Shown here: piece after piece, positions 34,581 through 50,400 of the stretch | Layout of the letters: each line of letters opens with the position of its first letter | How positions within the stretch are numbered: position 1 is the first letter of the stretch | Origin: Azolla caroliniana | Lineage: Eukaryota > Plantae > Polypodiophyta | Direction: 5' to 3' | NCBI GenBank assembly: GCA_043228905.1 | Contig: JBHGNT010000010.1 | Coordinates: forward strand, 20,088,001 to 20,152,000 | DNA: 64,000 nt | Translations under genes and position numbers: made by a program | Notes under the pieces: generated by a model | What the model was told of the DNA's origin: nothing | What the model saw: only the letters and a program-made list of their open reading frames with translations | Databases searched by the model: none

Positions 34581-35405
34581 TCACCATTTCACACACAATG
34601 CCAAACATCACATTCAAGTTATACAGTTTTTGTTGAAAATATCCACCAAAATATTGCATTAGCAAATATCAAAACCTCCATGAATTATATTATGGGAAAG
34701 AAGAAAAATATAAATCTCAGCATTGAGAAAAGATACCTAGAGCCAAGCCTCAAATAAGTTCCAGCTATATAAAAATACATCAAATGATGCACAATACATC
34801 GAAGAAATTTCTATAAAAGAAGCATATCAAGTGAATTTTTATTATGCATTTACACTACAGCCATTCATAATTTACTAGGCCTTCCAGTATTTTTGACCCA
34901 TCAATTAATTAGCTACCATGAATGTCGTATTTCCCAAATGAGAGCATTTTCAAGCTTTCATTTAGAATTTCACCAAATTCTTGTCGTGTTTCAAACAATC
35001 ATGGAATTTTGATCATATCCTTAGTTTGTCAAATTCATTCATGCCTCGAATGGTTACATATCATCATCACATGCTCTTCTGGACAACAAAACCCATCCTT
35101 TTGTATTGTGTCCCCCATGGAAAATCGAATAATTAACAATAATCGACCATATGTGCTTTTATCTTTCCAAGCTTTCTATTTCATCCTTTCTATATTAGTC
35201 TTCATCAATTAAAATGACTTTCAAGTTTGGTTTTTTTAAATGAGAAAAGAGACGAATAGGGATATAGGGAGGTTTAATCAAATGGATTAAATGCTCACAA
35301 ATAGAGAGTTTTAATGCATCAATGTGGTTTTCCCCACACTTTCCTATGGATAGAAATGTTATTTTAGAAAACAAACTCAAAATGAATGTCCAAAGGATTG
35401 CTCTA

Positions 35406-38400
35406 TCATTCAAACTCCAAACTATCATCTCCAGTTTCATCAAGCTCACCAAGGTGAGCACATCTTGCATTAAAACTAGTGGAAGCCATGATTCCTTTTT
35501 TGGCTATCTCATTGTCTAGTCCCAACACACTATTCTTGACACTAGGTCGTGGTGTCGTCGCAACATCTTCATCGGGCATTCGTGTAGAAAAACCGAGACT
35601 CATTCCCATATATACCAACGTCTCTAATGATTTCTCACTGTTTGCAACTAGATCCTCATCAAAATCGATAGCACCCTTCAATTGATAAAAGAAAGATCAA
35701 TCTATGGTAACCAAGAGATAAAACTAACTACACTCAGCTATAATTCCAAAATATTCAAGCATTTGCATTGTATTATGTAAAACTCCAGCATTGGTATAGA
35801 TATCAATATACCAATCACGGATGAGACAGAAAATGCTAACCTTTTCAAACACGCAAATAACCGTACTTCCACCGAATGAGAAGAAACCAAACTGCATGAA
35901 CACAGTCGACCATTAGAACAAATCTAACTTAAGAGTGGTAACAGAATGTTTCCTCAACAGATGGACTTCTTGTAAAAAGGCTTACCTCATCACCTTTCTT
36001 TACATGGTCACCATCTCTTTTGGTAAACGTTATGCTCCCAACCATTGTTGCACCAATAGCTACAAATGCCATCTGAGATACAAGAGTGTTCACTTTAGGT
36101 CAATGAAGAGTGTTTGTACTACTCTTCTAAATTCACAATGATTCCATTGTACTAAATCTTAAAGTCACATTGAAACTTTTTACATAGTGCAATTAATGCT
36201 TGTTGGGATCTGGATATACCTTGCCAAACTCCTTGCTTTCAATTACATTCACTTCCCGTTTATTATCTGTGAACACATTACAGTACTTGCTATTCACAGC
36301 GATAGGATTGACCTGCGAAAACTCATGAGTCAAGTTTCCAATATGTCAAGAAATCATTCGTTCTCTTCAAGTCGATAATTAATTCCATCATACCGTGTAT
36401 AAGTTACCAGGAATTGGTACGTTTTTTCCAATCACACCAGTAATGGGCACATGAAATCTATGATAATCCTGTAAATTCATAAAATCGAAAAAAATAACAA
36501 TTATCATGGCATGAGACGGTTATCAATATGATAACAGCATAAGAACGAAAGTTTGTTTAAAAAGAATGAGTACTTGTGGAGCAAGTCGAAAAATAGCAAT
36601 AGATCCACCTTCAAAATCATTTGCGACAACCTCCTCACCAAGAAGACCCTTTATAGAGAATTTACGGCCCTGTAAAATCCAAATATTAGCATTATTTTCC
36701 AGTAAAATATTATGTGGTAAATCTTTGAACATCACTTTTTTTGCACCTCTGCTTCTATCTAGGATCGGAATATTTGAAATGGCATCTCTAAAACCCTCTA
36801 TATCACATACATTCAAGGTCTATTTAAAAGCCTCTATATCATGATTCAAATGCACGACATACATATACTCTTTAAATACCAACCCCGCCTGCATCACATA
36901 TATAAATCTTGCACACAGTGTTGGAACAAGTCTCATGGAAATGTGGAAAATAATAGCTAAATAAATAAATAAAGAGATATAGTAATATAAATAAATAAGA
37001 ATTATATTTCTTATAAAGTTGGTTTCCTTCATTAGAAGGAAACTCCCTTGGTGGTGGTAAGCTATAAAGCCACCACCACCCACTATACAAGTAGGGTGTT
37101 TTCCATTAAGATAATAGTAGGAATCAACAACGGTTCGGGTTAGGCTTAACCGATTTGGCCTATCCAATCCAAACTGGTTAAGCCTAAACTGGTTTAGGGG
37201 TTATATGTAAATAAGTATTAATCATAAGAAAGAACTTTAAAACCCCGTATGTTGAACTCAAATGCTACTGTTAAATAAACCACCCAAATACAATTTGATG
37301 CAGTAATTTCTCAACTACCCATATTTAAAATTTCCATAAAAAGCTTCTACCATCAAGTCAACTGTGTGGAATACATCAGTTAAAAGTTTGGGCTGTATTT
37401 CATGCATAATACAAATATGAGCATGTCATAGCTTCCACATGTATATTATCTACTACATGTTGTCAAACTGTCTAAAATATATAACACTAAGTTTACTCTG
37501 GAATTAAAATAGGAGCATCAAAGCCCATTACAAACCTTAATCCAAAATCGCTTAGCATCATCTACAGATTTGTATACCATAAGACGGCAATCTGCTGCAC
37601 AAACAGCGACATAATCATTTTCCTCATTGTCAATAGGACGAACTCCAGGCTTAAGCTCACGGGTAAAGAAGTCATTGAAAGTCTGGATGCAATATAGACG
37701 GTGTTACACATTTTGAAGCTGGAATATTATTTCAGCATCCAATAATATGTAAATCATCTATTAGATGAGAGTACAATGACCAAACCTTATAACTCTCAAT
37801 GGAACACTTAAATTCATCAATGTTGATACGGTCCTGTGCCAAAAACAAGAAAGCATGAAAAGGAAAAAAGAAACATTCATATTGAAAAAAAGAGCTAACT
37901 TCCCTTTTTCCCCTGAAGGACAGGACACAGCAATGAGGGGGGATAAGGGACATTCACACAATAGAAACATAGGCAGCCACACATCACACTAGTTACCATT
38001 GCTGACACAATGTGTACACAAATTCAAATACTGAGCACACTAACTCCACACAAATTAAAGCACATGTGCACATGCAAACCACTTAAAGTATAGTAAACAG
38101 ATCAATATATATAATGGATTTATACATACATTATGCACATATGTGTATTTATAGACATGGTTTGAAGAGTAAAACATAAATATGCAAAAACAAAATTGAT
38201 TGTATCAATAAACACCGGATTTCTAAAGTTCTTGCATTTGAAACCCAGAGAATAGGTGAAAATACAAAATAACGGGTGGGCTATGCTTGCATATATTCTT
38301 GGTTCTTTTCCGATTATCATCCCCATTTCCAGATTCAATTTTACAGAAAAAGTAGACAAGAAAAAACAGAATCACCTGGAAAAATTCAATGAACTTGGGT

Positions 38401-41400
38401 ATGTCTTTAGCTGATTCAGGTGAGCTCATTTCAATTCCTTGTTTTTTTGATAAGTTTGAAAGCAACTCCTTGGTACCTACAGATCAGGACTTTACACCTA
38501 CTGGTAATCATAAATATATGGTTTCATACACATCTCGCTATTAAACATTTTTTGAGGAACAAGGAGGAGCATCCCATGAAATCACTGTATAGAAATTGCA
38601 AATTTTGGGGTTTTAAAGAACAACAAAATAATAAGTTTCAAACCATCTAATGAAGATGAGGAACTGTGTTTACATGTAAACCCTTCAAAACCTTTAACAA
38701 TGAGCTAACTATATACTTTATTTTTACATGTTCCCATTATAACAATTTACCTTCACAAATTGTTTTAGTAATTATTACTAGACTTCAGCTCTTTCTTACA
38801 ATTTAATTTTATAAATATCAAACAAACCCGAAGTTTTCTGTTGCCCAGCCTTCATAAACAATGATATTTTTGAATATATTTCGAATTCAAAAGTTTGATG
38901 CTTCTAAATTAAATATGCATGAGCGAGAGAGATAAATCAAAAAGAGTTTTATACAAGTATCCAGGTCAATTGCTCTCAGTTATAAGACCAGAGATGCATA
39001 TCATCTCTAGAAAAATCCTTCAGAATTGTGGTGTAGCCGTTCAGAGGCAAGCGGAAATCAAAACCAATGCAATGATATCCAAATCTAAATTAAACATGAT
39101 GCAAAAACGCCCACAAATTTTGAGGTAAGTCTGCATTATTCCCTTGTCCTACTCACATGTTAAAGTACGAACTAGGAAATACCAAATTGTAAACAGAAAA
39201 CTCCTTCAGCTCTGACTTAACAGCTCTGTTGTTTACTAATGTGTGGAAATGAGCATTAAACATAAATGAATCCATAACAAGAACGATGAACTTAACAGTT
39301 AAGCGAGCACTCTGTTTTTCTTCCTTTGCACATAAAGTTATTTAGCAAGAAGGAGATGGAAAGCTACCTTTATCAATCAATGTAAGACCCAGTTTAGACT
39401 GATATATGGCTCGCATTGCTAAAACAATTTTACTGTCAATCAACTCCTCATCAAGCCGTTGAGTTCTTCGGTCAAAAACCTGATTATTATATTCAAACAT
39501 TTAATAATATACAATGTCTACCTTTGCATCACACTTTCCAGAAAACTAGAGATAGATATGTGCCATGCAGCATGCAGAAGTAACAAACCTTAAAAGTTTC
39601 TGGAGCTCACGCATCAAATTTATTTTCATAAGAGGTAAACGAAACAAACCAAATAGTTTCATGTAAAAGTATTCGCCTCTTAGCAAAATATTGATGCAAA
39701 GATAGCAAAATGATTTTGAATCCAGCAAAAGCTTTTTGATAAGAACAGTCATTTATCAGTTTAATACCTGACACCTGTTCTATGATTTCGGACAGGAAGA
39801 AACATGAGAGCGGTGGAAGGAAGATATCTTGATATATGACAAAATATCCTATTAGACATTCAACACATTCCACAACAGACATACAAACACCTGCCTTCAG
39901 ACAGGAGCCAATCATGCCATCTTTGACAGCCTATGCATATACACAGCAAAGTGTATCAATAATTAGTTCAGCATTCTGTTAAGACTCACCAAGATATGTG
40001 ATGACTTAGATCCTTCCTTCAGTCCAATATCATAGGATGATAGATGAGCCCACTCACTTAACTTAAACATCCATCTACATACAAAAAAGAGAATTTTGAA
40101 TATTACAAGAGTGAGAACTACATTCTTGTGTAGTCCCCTGAAAACAAATTGAAATGAAACGATGTGTGACATTATCGCATGCAGAAAGATAAAATGACAT
40201 ATGAGACCATCAACCTGCCTGATCGGGCACATGAGTATAGAGCCACTCAGGAGGGAGAAATCCTAATCTGAAAAATCAATGATCTGTAGAAATCTAAAGT
40301 TTTCCAAGGACCTTGTTTTGCTTGAAATTGCAATTTCATCTGAAATCCTGATCTCACCCGAAACTCTAATTTCTAATGCAGAGACCCTAATCTTGGTGTA
40401 GATCTGATCTTTCTTCTTCTACTTCTCATGTTTGAATCTGTGTGTGTGTGTGCAATGGCAAAGGAAGGAAGACGCAATGCACTCTATAAAATGCTATAAT
40501 GCTCTGTGAAACCTATATAGAATATTCATTTGCCAATCAACTTCCTAAGCAATGAAGTAAAAGAAACCAGCACTAATCAAGACAGTTGCTTGATCAACGG
40601 AACTAAATTTGTTGCTCCGCATTCCAGTTTCCAAATGCTTATAGCTCTCTAACAGTCACACCACTTTAAGTCCATGCTTTGATATCCATCCATCACAACT
40701 GATTGCAAATGAAATAGTTGCTAGGATTGTGCAAGTAATGGTGTCAACCAAGATGATGGTGCGGGCGAAAAAAAAATCAAACTTTTTTGAAATGATAAAT
40801 ACTTGTTAAATACGTAGAATACGTCAAATTCTAAAAAACGACAGTTCTAAAACATAGAATATGTGTAGAATACGCGTTTTTTAACAATACGGTAAAATCT
40901 TATCATTATATTGGCACATGCCATTATTAACCATAAATATTGCTTTAGATCATATCAACCATTTTTATATAATGTATACTCACCCATACGAAGCTTGTTT
41001 CTCAGTTAAGAACCCCCCAGTCATGGTTTGATATCCAGTGCCTTCATCAAAACATAGACTTATGTGTATTACATCATCAATAGCTTGAGACTTTCCAAGC
41101 TTCTCTCCACATACAGGACATCTATTCATCAAACCTGACCTGCTACGAATAAACATCTTAGATGATAACCTCTAAACGAAAAGCAAAATTTTTAAACCAT
41201 TTTTGACAGTCATAATAATGCAAATGACTATCTGTTGAATGGGATAAACACAACATATATATAACTGATGGAGAAGGTTGCCCCATCCCACTTTGAGCAA
41301 GACCTGCTCGAGCAGGAGTCGGCCCTTACAGTACTCTCCACCTCAATTCCACAAGGGATACAAAGGCAATCACAGCTCACAAAATTTCTTCTGATGCAAT

Positions 41401-44400
41401 CAAATATACTTCTTCCTTTCCTCTCCCAACCACCCTACATCCCATACTCACAGTTACTAGTGAAGCCCTTCATGCTATAAATTTACCCCAAGAATCATAA
41501 TCAACTGCAAAACCATGTCATGCAACAGCATTGCTATCATATATCTCTAGAAAACCCAAACTATAATTCTCCTTTTCTAGTATAAGCCTAACAATCGGCA
41601 ACAGTTCAGTTTGAACCAAACCAAACCGCAAAACCGCAGCTTAACGGTTTGGTTCGGTTCAAGTTTAAGTTTTTTTAAACGGTTCGGTTCAGTTTCAACA
41701 GTCACAACCCGCAGTTAAAACGGTTTAACTGTTTTTATTTTTTTTATTTTTTTTAAATTTTTTTTTTTAATTAATAAAATGTTTTTAAACAATCTTTTCA
41801 TTTTTAGACCTTATTCTCATATTTTAGGAACATCCTTAAAATTTTTAAAATTTTTAAAAATGAAATATTTTAAATTTTAAATTTTAAATTTTAAATTTTA
41901 AATTTTGACCTAAGTTGAAAACCGAAATCGAACCACGAAAGCGCAGTTTTTACGGTTTAATAGTTTAACGGTTTGAAAATTGTTTAGCGGTTCGGTTTAA
42001 CAGTTTCGTGGTGGTCCCTTGATCACGACCACCCAAAGAGAGGGTTCCATTATAGAGCATTTCCACGGGGTAAGTTCTTTCGGTTCAGTTCAGGTTTCAA
42101 AATATTTAAACGGTTCGGTTGGACCCTCTCAAACCGACCCGAACCGTTGCCGATTGTTATATAAGCCACTCATATTTTTCTTCACGATCTCTCTTTGGAC
42201 TCTAGTAAATGTTAATATATTTCTTTCTCCTCTCCCAATGAAAGCAAACATAAAATCAAATATATGTACAATGAAAAAAGGACAGAATGTGAAAGAGGGC
42301 CTGTAGGATTACTTTTCTTGATACTCTGCCAGAAGCCCAGCAAGCTCATCAGAATTAACGTTTCCATCGTTATTCAAATCAGCTTGTAAAAAAAGTTCTT
42401 CAATCTACTTTTAAAAAAATAATAATCAATTTTATCATTTGCATATCCACCCTGAACTGTATAGGAATCCACTTGGCATCACTGCAAACTTTACCTCACG
42501 AGTTGATGCTTTTGCCCCAAATGCTTTAATGAGGTCACGAAACTCTTGCATTGACAATTCCCCACTTTCATCATAATCCTGAAATATCCAGCCAGTAAGA
42601 ATTTCTATGAGAACGATAAACTAGACATATTGCATACTTCTTGTGTTCCCTTGTGATGGTAGGAGGTTAAATACCATTACTTGGAGAAGACGCTTAGCAA
42701 AACTTCGTTCTGTTTCTAATCGATCCTGCCATAATCCCAGCATGGATAAATAGTGGATCATGATTGGGAGCTTATAATATGATAGTGCACAATTACACAA
42801 GTAGAAAAAAAAATAAGATATGAAACTCGCAGAGGCCTCTTCATGCTGTGCTTGTTATATAGAAAGTATCCAGAAACTACCACAATTTGATTCAGTACTC
42901 TCAATTATGCAAGCAGCAAAGAGAATATAGGAAATGGAGACCTCTGCACTATATCCAAAAGTGATTGAACCAACAGTTTTTGTCTTTGTGCTTGGATCAT
43001 ATAAATCAAGTGTTCTTGTTCTTTCACAGTTATTATCATTCCCCTGCAACAACATTTCTGCAATGAGAAAATCATTAAAACTTCACAAGGTTAACAAAAC
43101 AAAATCACCACCCGGCATATTTTAAAGGCACAGAGGTGTTTACATCAGCCAGGGCACTTGAAAGGTCCACTTCGCAGTACCCAACAAGATTATTCTTGGA
43201 TAACCTGTTTGTCTGTTACATTTTTAGCAAAGAGAACTATTATGTATGCATATCACATCTAAAGATCGATGATAAGATAATGTGTCTGTACCTCAAAGAC
43301 TGAAATTCGAGCAATGCGTGGTCCATTTTCTTCTAAAGCAATTTTCTTTTCCTACAGTTTTACAAGCATGGGGATGAAGCATTGACCATGAATCCTCAAA
43401 CAATAACAGTAATCTATCAACCCAAAATAACAAGACATGCATACCGTACAGAAAAAAAGAACAAGAATTACCCTTTATAAGGGTCCCATAAGAGCTATGG
43501 AAGCAATGGGCTGTACAAACCTAGAAAACGAGTATTTTAAGAAAGAATGATGTTTTCGTAAGGATAATACAGGCTGAAGCTTCAAACAGTGTCAAAATGT
43601 ATGTAACAATCATAAATGACTCATTTCTATTTTAAAGGGTTGTGTAACCTAAATCAAAACAGAATCCAAATTTTTTGACTAATATTTCTTATCGATAAAT
43701 GTAAGACCTTTACAGCATAAAACTCTAATTTAATATTTATATTTTTAATTATGTTATGTAAATACTAAACTGATCACTATAGATTAATCACATATCCACA
43801 ACAAGAGTAATTAAGGAGAAATTACTTAAAACGATGTTCAAGCTTTGATGCCAATGCTAATTTGATCCAACCTTAAATCATTTTGAAAAGACAAACGGAC
43901 ACAAGTCCCAATGCAAATTCGTAAACTTTTACATTTGACCATTTTGAGAAGTCAAAAGGCACTTTGAGCACAATATCAATTGATTTTCCTATTTATCACA
44001 ACCTTGAATAATTGAAGGGCTAGCTCTGAATTTCAAATATAAGTACCTTATGCAAAGAAAATAGTTTGCGCTTACAAATTCATCAAATAGTTTTGGTACG
44101 TCCCTATCGACATTTTCTTTAAAAGATATCAAAAGAACAAAACATTTTAAGAATTATTAGACTTCTATATACAATGTACACAATCCACATACAACTGTGT
44201 GTATTTTATGGCAGTTTAAGTATGTATTTTACAGCAGTTTAAGTTTTTAGAACAAAGGGTAGACCAAGCCAAAGAAATTCATCTTACTGATTTCCAGATA
44301 GGTTTGTCAGTACTGCGTTGATCCAGGTAGGTATATATTCCAATAGAAAAGACAAAGAATTGTAAGTCTAATGTGCATTAGAAAGAAAACATGGAGAAAA

Positions 44401-47400
44401 TAAAGGGAAGGAAAAATATACTGATATGATCTTGCAGTACGGAATGTTTGTTGCCCAAGAGAAATGCAGGCAAACCAACGGTCCTTGAACTCCATATCTG
44501 CCTGCTCTCGACAAATAAATGGGGCACTCATTTTTGCAAATTGAAAATAAGGTAAGACACCCACATTGCATGTACATATAGTTTCATAAGTCATCTTCAC
44601 AACTATCCATCTAATTATTCTAAATACTACAAACTAGCATCAGTCTTCCACATAAGCAGATACTCCATGTCATCTATTATATGGACCTACTTCAGACATA
44701 ACACAGGAAGATTCATCCAAAAAAACAGAATATTGATATATGGAGAAGGAATTTTAAGCCCATATAGAAAAGAAGGCAACCAAATTTGCAGTTATAAGTG
44801 CAATTTTCACTGAAGTGCCCAGCAATGATACATAGTCTTGGAGAGAATTTACTTTGCATTAGTGTGAGAGTAAAGACTGGCCCACATAGAAAAGAAGGCA
44901 ACCAAATTTGCAAGTTATAAGTGCAATTTTCACTGAAGTGCCCAGCAAAGAGAATTTCCTTTGCATTAGTGTGAGAGAGTAAAAACTGGCCCATCAAAAA
45001 GTTGACGAATAAACAGACTGCTCTCTAGACGTATGAAATAAGAATGAAACTAGAAAATCGGAAGAGGCAAAATAAGTTAAGACTCTGGTCCATGGCTGGA
45101 GAGAAGTACAACTAAACCACTACTTTCTAAAAGTGTCCACATATTGGAAGGGTTCGCAGATGATGAGGAAATCAAAATCCAGACATGAAGAGAAGTACAA
45201 GAATTAAATAATCTACTGTGTTGCTAAAAATGCCCAATGTTGGAAGATGCAACAGGAGGTGAGGTAGTGAAGATTGTCATAATAGACATCCTTGTTTCAA
45301 ATAGATATATTTTGGGTATCAGTAGATTACATGCTGCCTATCCTTAATCTTGGAAGGGACAAATGAAGGCACTAATCTGACAGCAGCTTGATTCCAAGCA
45401 TACTATAATCCCACACAAAAAACAGCACATGCACAAAACACAAATTATCAAAGGGATAGCTATCTTGACCCTCTCCACATTGTTTAACAACTACCACTTC
45501 ATATGCATCAAATAACATTCCATCAAAAGGCATATTTTTTTATCTTTCTTGTTTCTCGATAGATAAAATATTCCAACAATCATTATTATGATCTATCACA
45601 CAATTCGTAATGCCTTCAAGACATATTTTTTATCTTTCTTGTTTTTTGATACATAACGCATTCCAAGCATCATTACCATGATCCACCACACATTTCTTAG
45701 TGCCTTCAATCAGTTATAAGGCATCCACATATATGTAGACTTCACTAACCTTATGATACTCCACAACCACCACATTTTTAGAAAGACAATTACATAGTCC
45801 AAACATCAGTTAATCTTTTAACCCTTCCTTTTTAAATGAAAAAACAATACTATAATAGATGAAAACATACAGAAGACCAAAGGCTGCAATAAGTGTGCAT
45901 GATGATATGGCAAAGTATACAATACTCTAATTGGTATGTATTAGAACCTATGTGAGGGGCTATAATGTCATACTATAACATTCCCCTACTGTGTAAAGAA
46001 CATCAAATCAAATCCTTTGATACTTCAACTACTACTGCCCTCAGCATCTAATATAGCAAGCATGTCTTCAAGTACATCATCCAACAAGCCATTCAGTTTA
46101 TCTGACACGTGATACAAGAACAGTTGAGATGCTAGAGAAGATGCAACATAATTATCAGGTTGTTTAATCAAGGCCTCAAACATGTCACAAATTCAGGCCT
46201 CCTAACAAGGAGTATCAAAAGTCGTTATCTTACTCTTCTAATGCTTCTTGAATCTTTCCAAACATCATCCCATCATGCAAATGTCCTCTCAAGGGCACAA
46301 TCTGTCTCTCAAAAGTCATCCCCTCTTCTGCTTTGAATTTAGCACAACTGCTTGAGTTCTCAACCAATACAACATCAGGGTCATCATCTGAGTCGTTTAT
46401 ACTAGCCAAAGCTGCTAACCCATTAACACAATCAATACCATCGAGGCAAGGATAGATTTCCATAGCATTGTGATCTTTACCATGACGGCCAATTACATGT
46501 CTGCACCATTTCAATCATCACTTTTGACTTCAAACCCCTGCATCACCTCAGCACAAAGGATCCAATTCACATTCATTAACATCACAATTATCATACTCGT
46601 GCAACACATATTCTTAGCCCGTTAACACAACCAATGCCATTAAGGCTAGTACTGTTTTCCATAACATTGTCGCATTTAATATAAAGGCCAAACACATGTG
46701 TCTGCACTATTCCAATCATCCAGTTTGTCTCCAAATCTCGGCATTGCCTCAGCACAAATCATCCAATTCACATTCATTAAAATCACAATCATCATACTCG
46801 TGCAAAACATTCTTCACCATGGTTGTCAAGTGAAGGCAAACCCTGTTAGGTGTAAAGGCCCGTAGTTCACAAATTAGGTAATTATTCGTATATGTGAACA
46901 CATTGTTCACCTGGACAGGACACCTTTTTTTGTAATGTGAACACACCACTTTCTTTGTAAGGTTAACTAATATAATAACCTTTTCTTTCTTGTGTACCAA
47001 TCAAGGCGGTTGGGTATACCAAAGATCTGCGTGTCTCTACTCTCATCTCTACTACAGTCCTGTTTGCTGAACGTCATCTCTCAATAGCTGATCCGTCAAA
47101 CATCCCTCTTTACCTTTAACTGGTATCAGAGCCAAATCTCTTTCCTCTACTTTGCTGTTTTTCTTTAGATTCAGAATCAGCAGAAAACACAGATTTAAAA
47201 AATAAAAATAAAAAAAATAAAAAATCTGTCAGACCCTTTCCTATTGGTATTTTGCTCAATTTCTGAAGGCATCTGTCATAAATCTTGGGAGCAATGGCCT
47301 CCACTTCAGCTGAAGTGAAAAACCTCTTTGAAATCAAGAGATTTGATGGAAAAGGTTTCGAATTGTGGAAAGAGCGTATGCTGGGCATCCTCTTTCTAAG

Positions 47401-50400
47401 AGATTGTGAAGATGCTCTTGTAGAAAAGAAACCAGAGAGCATGGAAAATGATGCTTGGAACACTCTGAATAAGAAAGCCATTACATATATTAAAATGGCT
47501 GTTTCTGATGAAATTCTTGTAGATGTAAAGGGCTTGACTACTGCCCATCAAGTTTGGGAGAAACTTAAGAAAACTTACGAGAATACTATTCCTGTGAATC
47601 AGGTGCATTTGATGAGAAAACTTGTCAGTATGAGGCTTGATGAGTCGAAAGGTGCAACAGAGCATCTATCGTTATTCACAGGTACTCTCTCCCAACTACA
47701 AGATTCAGGATTACCAGCTTTTGATGACAAGCTCAAAGCTATCTTCCTACTTATGACTTTACCGGATTCGTGGGAAACATTAGTTGTTTCACTATCTAAT
47801 AGCCCCACCTTGACCTTTGATGGTGTGCGGGGCTCTATTCTCAGTGAAGAGATTAGAAGACAATCTAGTGGAGAAGGTAGTGGTTCAGCATACAATATTA
47901 GGGGGAGATATGATAAGAGGAACCCAAATGTAGGACAAAGAAATAGAAGTAAGAGTAGAGGGAAAGGAAAACAACAAGATATCACATGCTATCATTGTGG
48001 CCGTAAAGGTCATAAGAAACCTGATTGTAGATATTGGAAGATGGAACTAGAAAGGAAGAAGAATGTAGGAGAGAAGAAAAACAAAGAGGATAAGTTTAAT
48101 ACAACAGAGAAAGCTAATATGGCTTCAAATGTTATCATTGAAGACCTATCTGGTGAAGATGGTGATGTACTTTGTATTACAGGTGATGCCTTTATAGCTC
48201 ATGTTCAAGACATGCAAATCACCAAAACAGATGTTATTGATGCTTTATTGTCAATCGATGATGGATTGACACAGACATGGATAGTAGACTCTGGGGCTTC
48301 TTTTCATGTTACTCCATGTTTGGAGTGCTTTACCACATTTGATGCAGGCAGTTATGGAAAAGTTTATCTTGGTAACAATAGTGCTTGCAATATTGATGGT
48401 ATTGGAACCATACAATTGTCTTTGGATAATGGTCAAGAGCTTGTGCTCAAAGATGTTAGGTATGTACCTGGCATAAAGAAAAGTTTGCTATCTATAGGAC
48501 AGATGGATTTGCATGGTTACACCACATTATTCGGTGGTGGATTATGGAAACTAAAGAAAGGATCTATGGTTATTGTGAAAGGTTGCAAAAAGGGCACTCT
48601 GTACTGTTTGCAATGCAAAGCTTTACCTGGAAAGTTTCTTGCTATTGCTGAATTCGACTCTCGTTTAGAGCTTTGGCATAAGAGATTAGGACATATGCGC
48701 CAAAAAGGACTTGAAGTCCTTTCTGCTTTAAAAAGATTTGATGTTAAAGGATCAAAGCTGGTTTTTTGTAATGATTGTCTATTTGGCAAACAAGTGAGAA
48801 ATTCTTATTATTCTGGTATCTCTCGTAAACCAAATGTGCTAGATTTGGTGCATTCTGATGTATGTAGCATGCCTATAAAATCCTTGGGCGGTGCTGCATA
48901 TTTTATTTCCTTTATCGATGATTATTCTAGGAAGATTTGGGTGTACTTGATGAAAAGAAAAGGTGATGCATTTGATGCATTTAAATCTTTTCATGCATTT
49001 GTGACTACTCAAAAAGGGACAAAACTGAAATGTCTCAGAACAAATAATGGGGGTGAGTTTACATCTGCAGAATTTAAGTCTTATTGTGACTTACATGGTA
49101 TTAAAAGAGAGCTTACAGCTCCATATAACCCTTCATCAAATGGGGTGGCAGAAAGGTATAATAGGACCTTGTGTGAGCGAGTACGATGCATGCTGTCCAC
49201 AGCTAATCTCCCTCATGAATTTTGGGGAGAAGCATTAAAAACCGCGGTTCATATATGTAATCGTTCTCCCAACAAGTCCTTAAAAAATGGAATCCCTGAG
49301 GAGGTTTGGTCTGGCAAACCAGCCTCATATGACCATTTACGAATTTTCGGTTGTGATGCGTTTGTACACATTAGAAGTGAGCTGAGAAATAAGCTCGATG
49401 CTAAGTCCACCATGGGCATTTTTATGGGCTATGGTGATGAAGGTGAAATGGGCTATAGGATTTGGTTACCTCAGTCCAGAAAAATTGTACGCAGCCGGAA
49501 TGTTGTTTTTAATGAAGAAAAATTGCTGAAAAATGCTTGTTCCTCTGTTGGGAATTCTAAGAGCGTTACATTTCAGCAATTACAGCCATCCACAAAATCT
49601 GAAAATAAACCTCATGATGCTATACCAAAGGTTGAATATGATGGTCAACCGGTTATCTTTGAGCCAGAAGAAGTTGGACAGCAAAGAGATGCTCATGAAG
49701 GTATTGGTCAACGAGATGAAGGTACTGAAGAACAAAATATAGATGTCGAACAACATGCTGGACATGGTTCGCAACAGCCAGAAAGTGCTGAAAATGATTT
49801 TCCTCCAGATTTAGAACCAATCCCAGAAAATACTGATCATTGGGTACGTAGGTCTAATCGTTCAAGGAGGCAGGTATATAGATATGACCCCTCTTTGCAT
49901 TATGTCATGCTGTCAGATGAGGGTGAACCTCTTACTTATAAGGAGGCAATGTCATGTGAACTTGGCAGTAAGTGGGAGCTTGCAATGCAAGAAGAAATAA
50001 AATCTTTATATGCAAATGATACATGGGATCTTGTGTCCTTACCTCAAGGAAGGAAAGCTCTTCCAAATAAGTGGGTTTATAAGGTAAAGGAAATTGGAGG
50101 GAAACCAAAATACAAGGCAAGATTAGTTGCCAAGGGTTATGCACAGAAGGAAGGTATTGACTTCCAAGAGGTCTTCTCTCCTGTTGTGAAGATGACCACA
50201 CTTCGTGTGCTATTTGCTCACTGCAATGCTTAATTTGGAGTTGTACCAAATGGATGTAAAGACCGCTTTTTTGCATGGTGATATTGATGAAGAGATCTAC
50301 ATGAAACAACCTGAGGGTTTTGTAGTCTCTAACAAGGAGCATTTGGTATGCAAACTAAAACGTAGCTTGTATGGCCTAAAACAAGCACCACGATAGTGGT

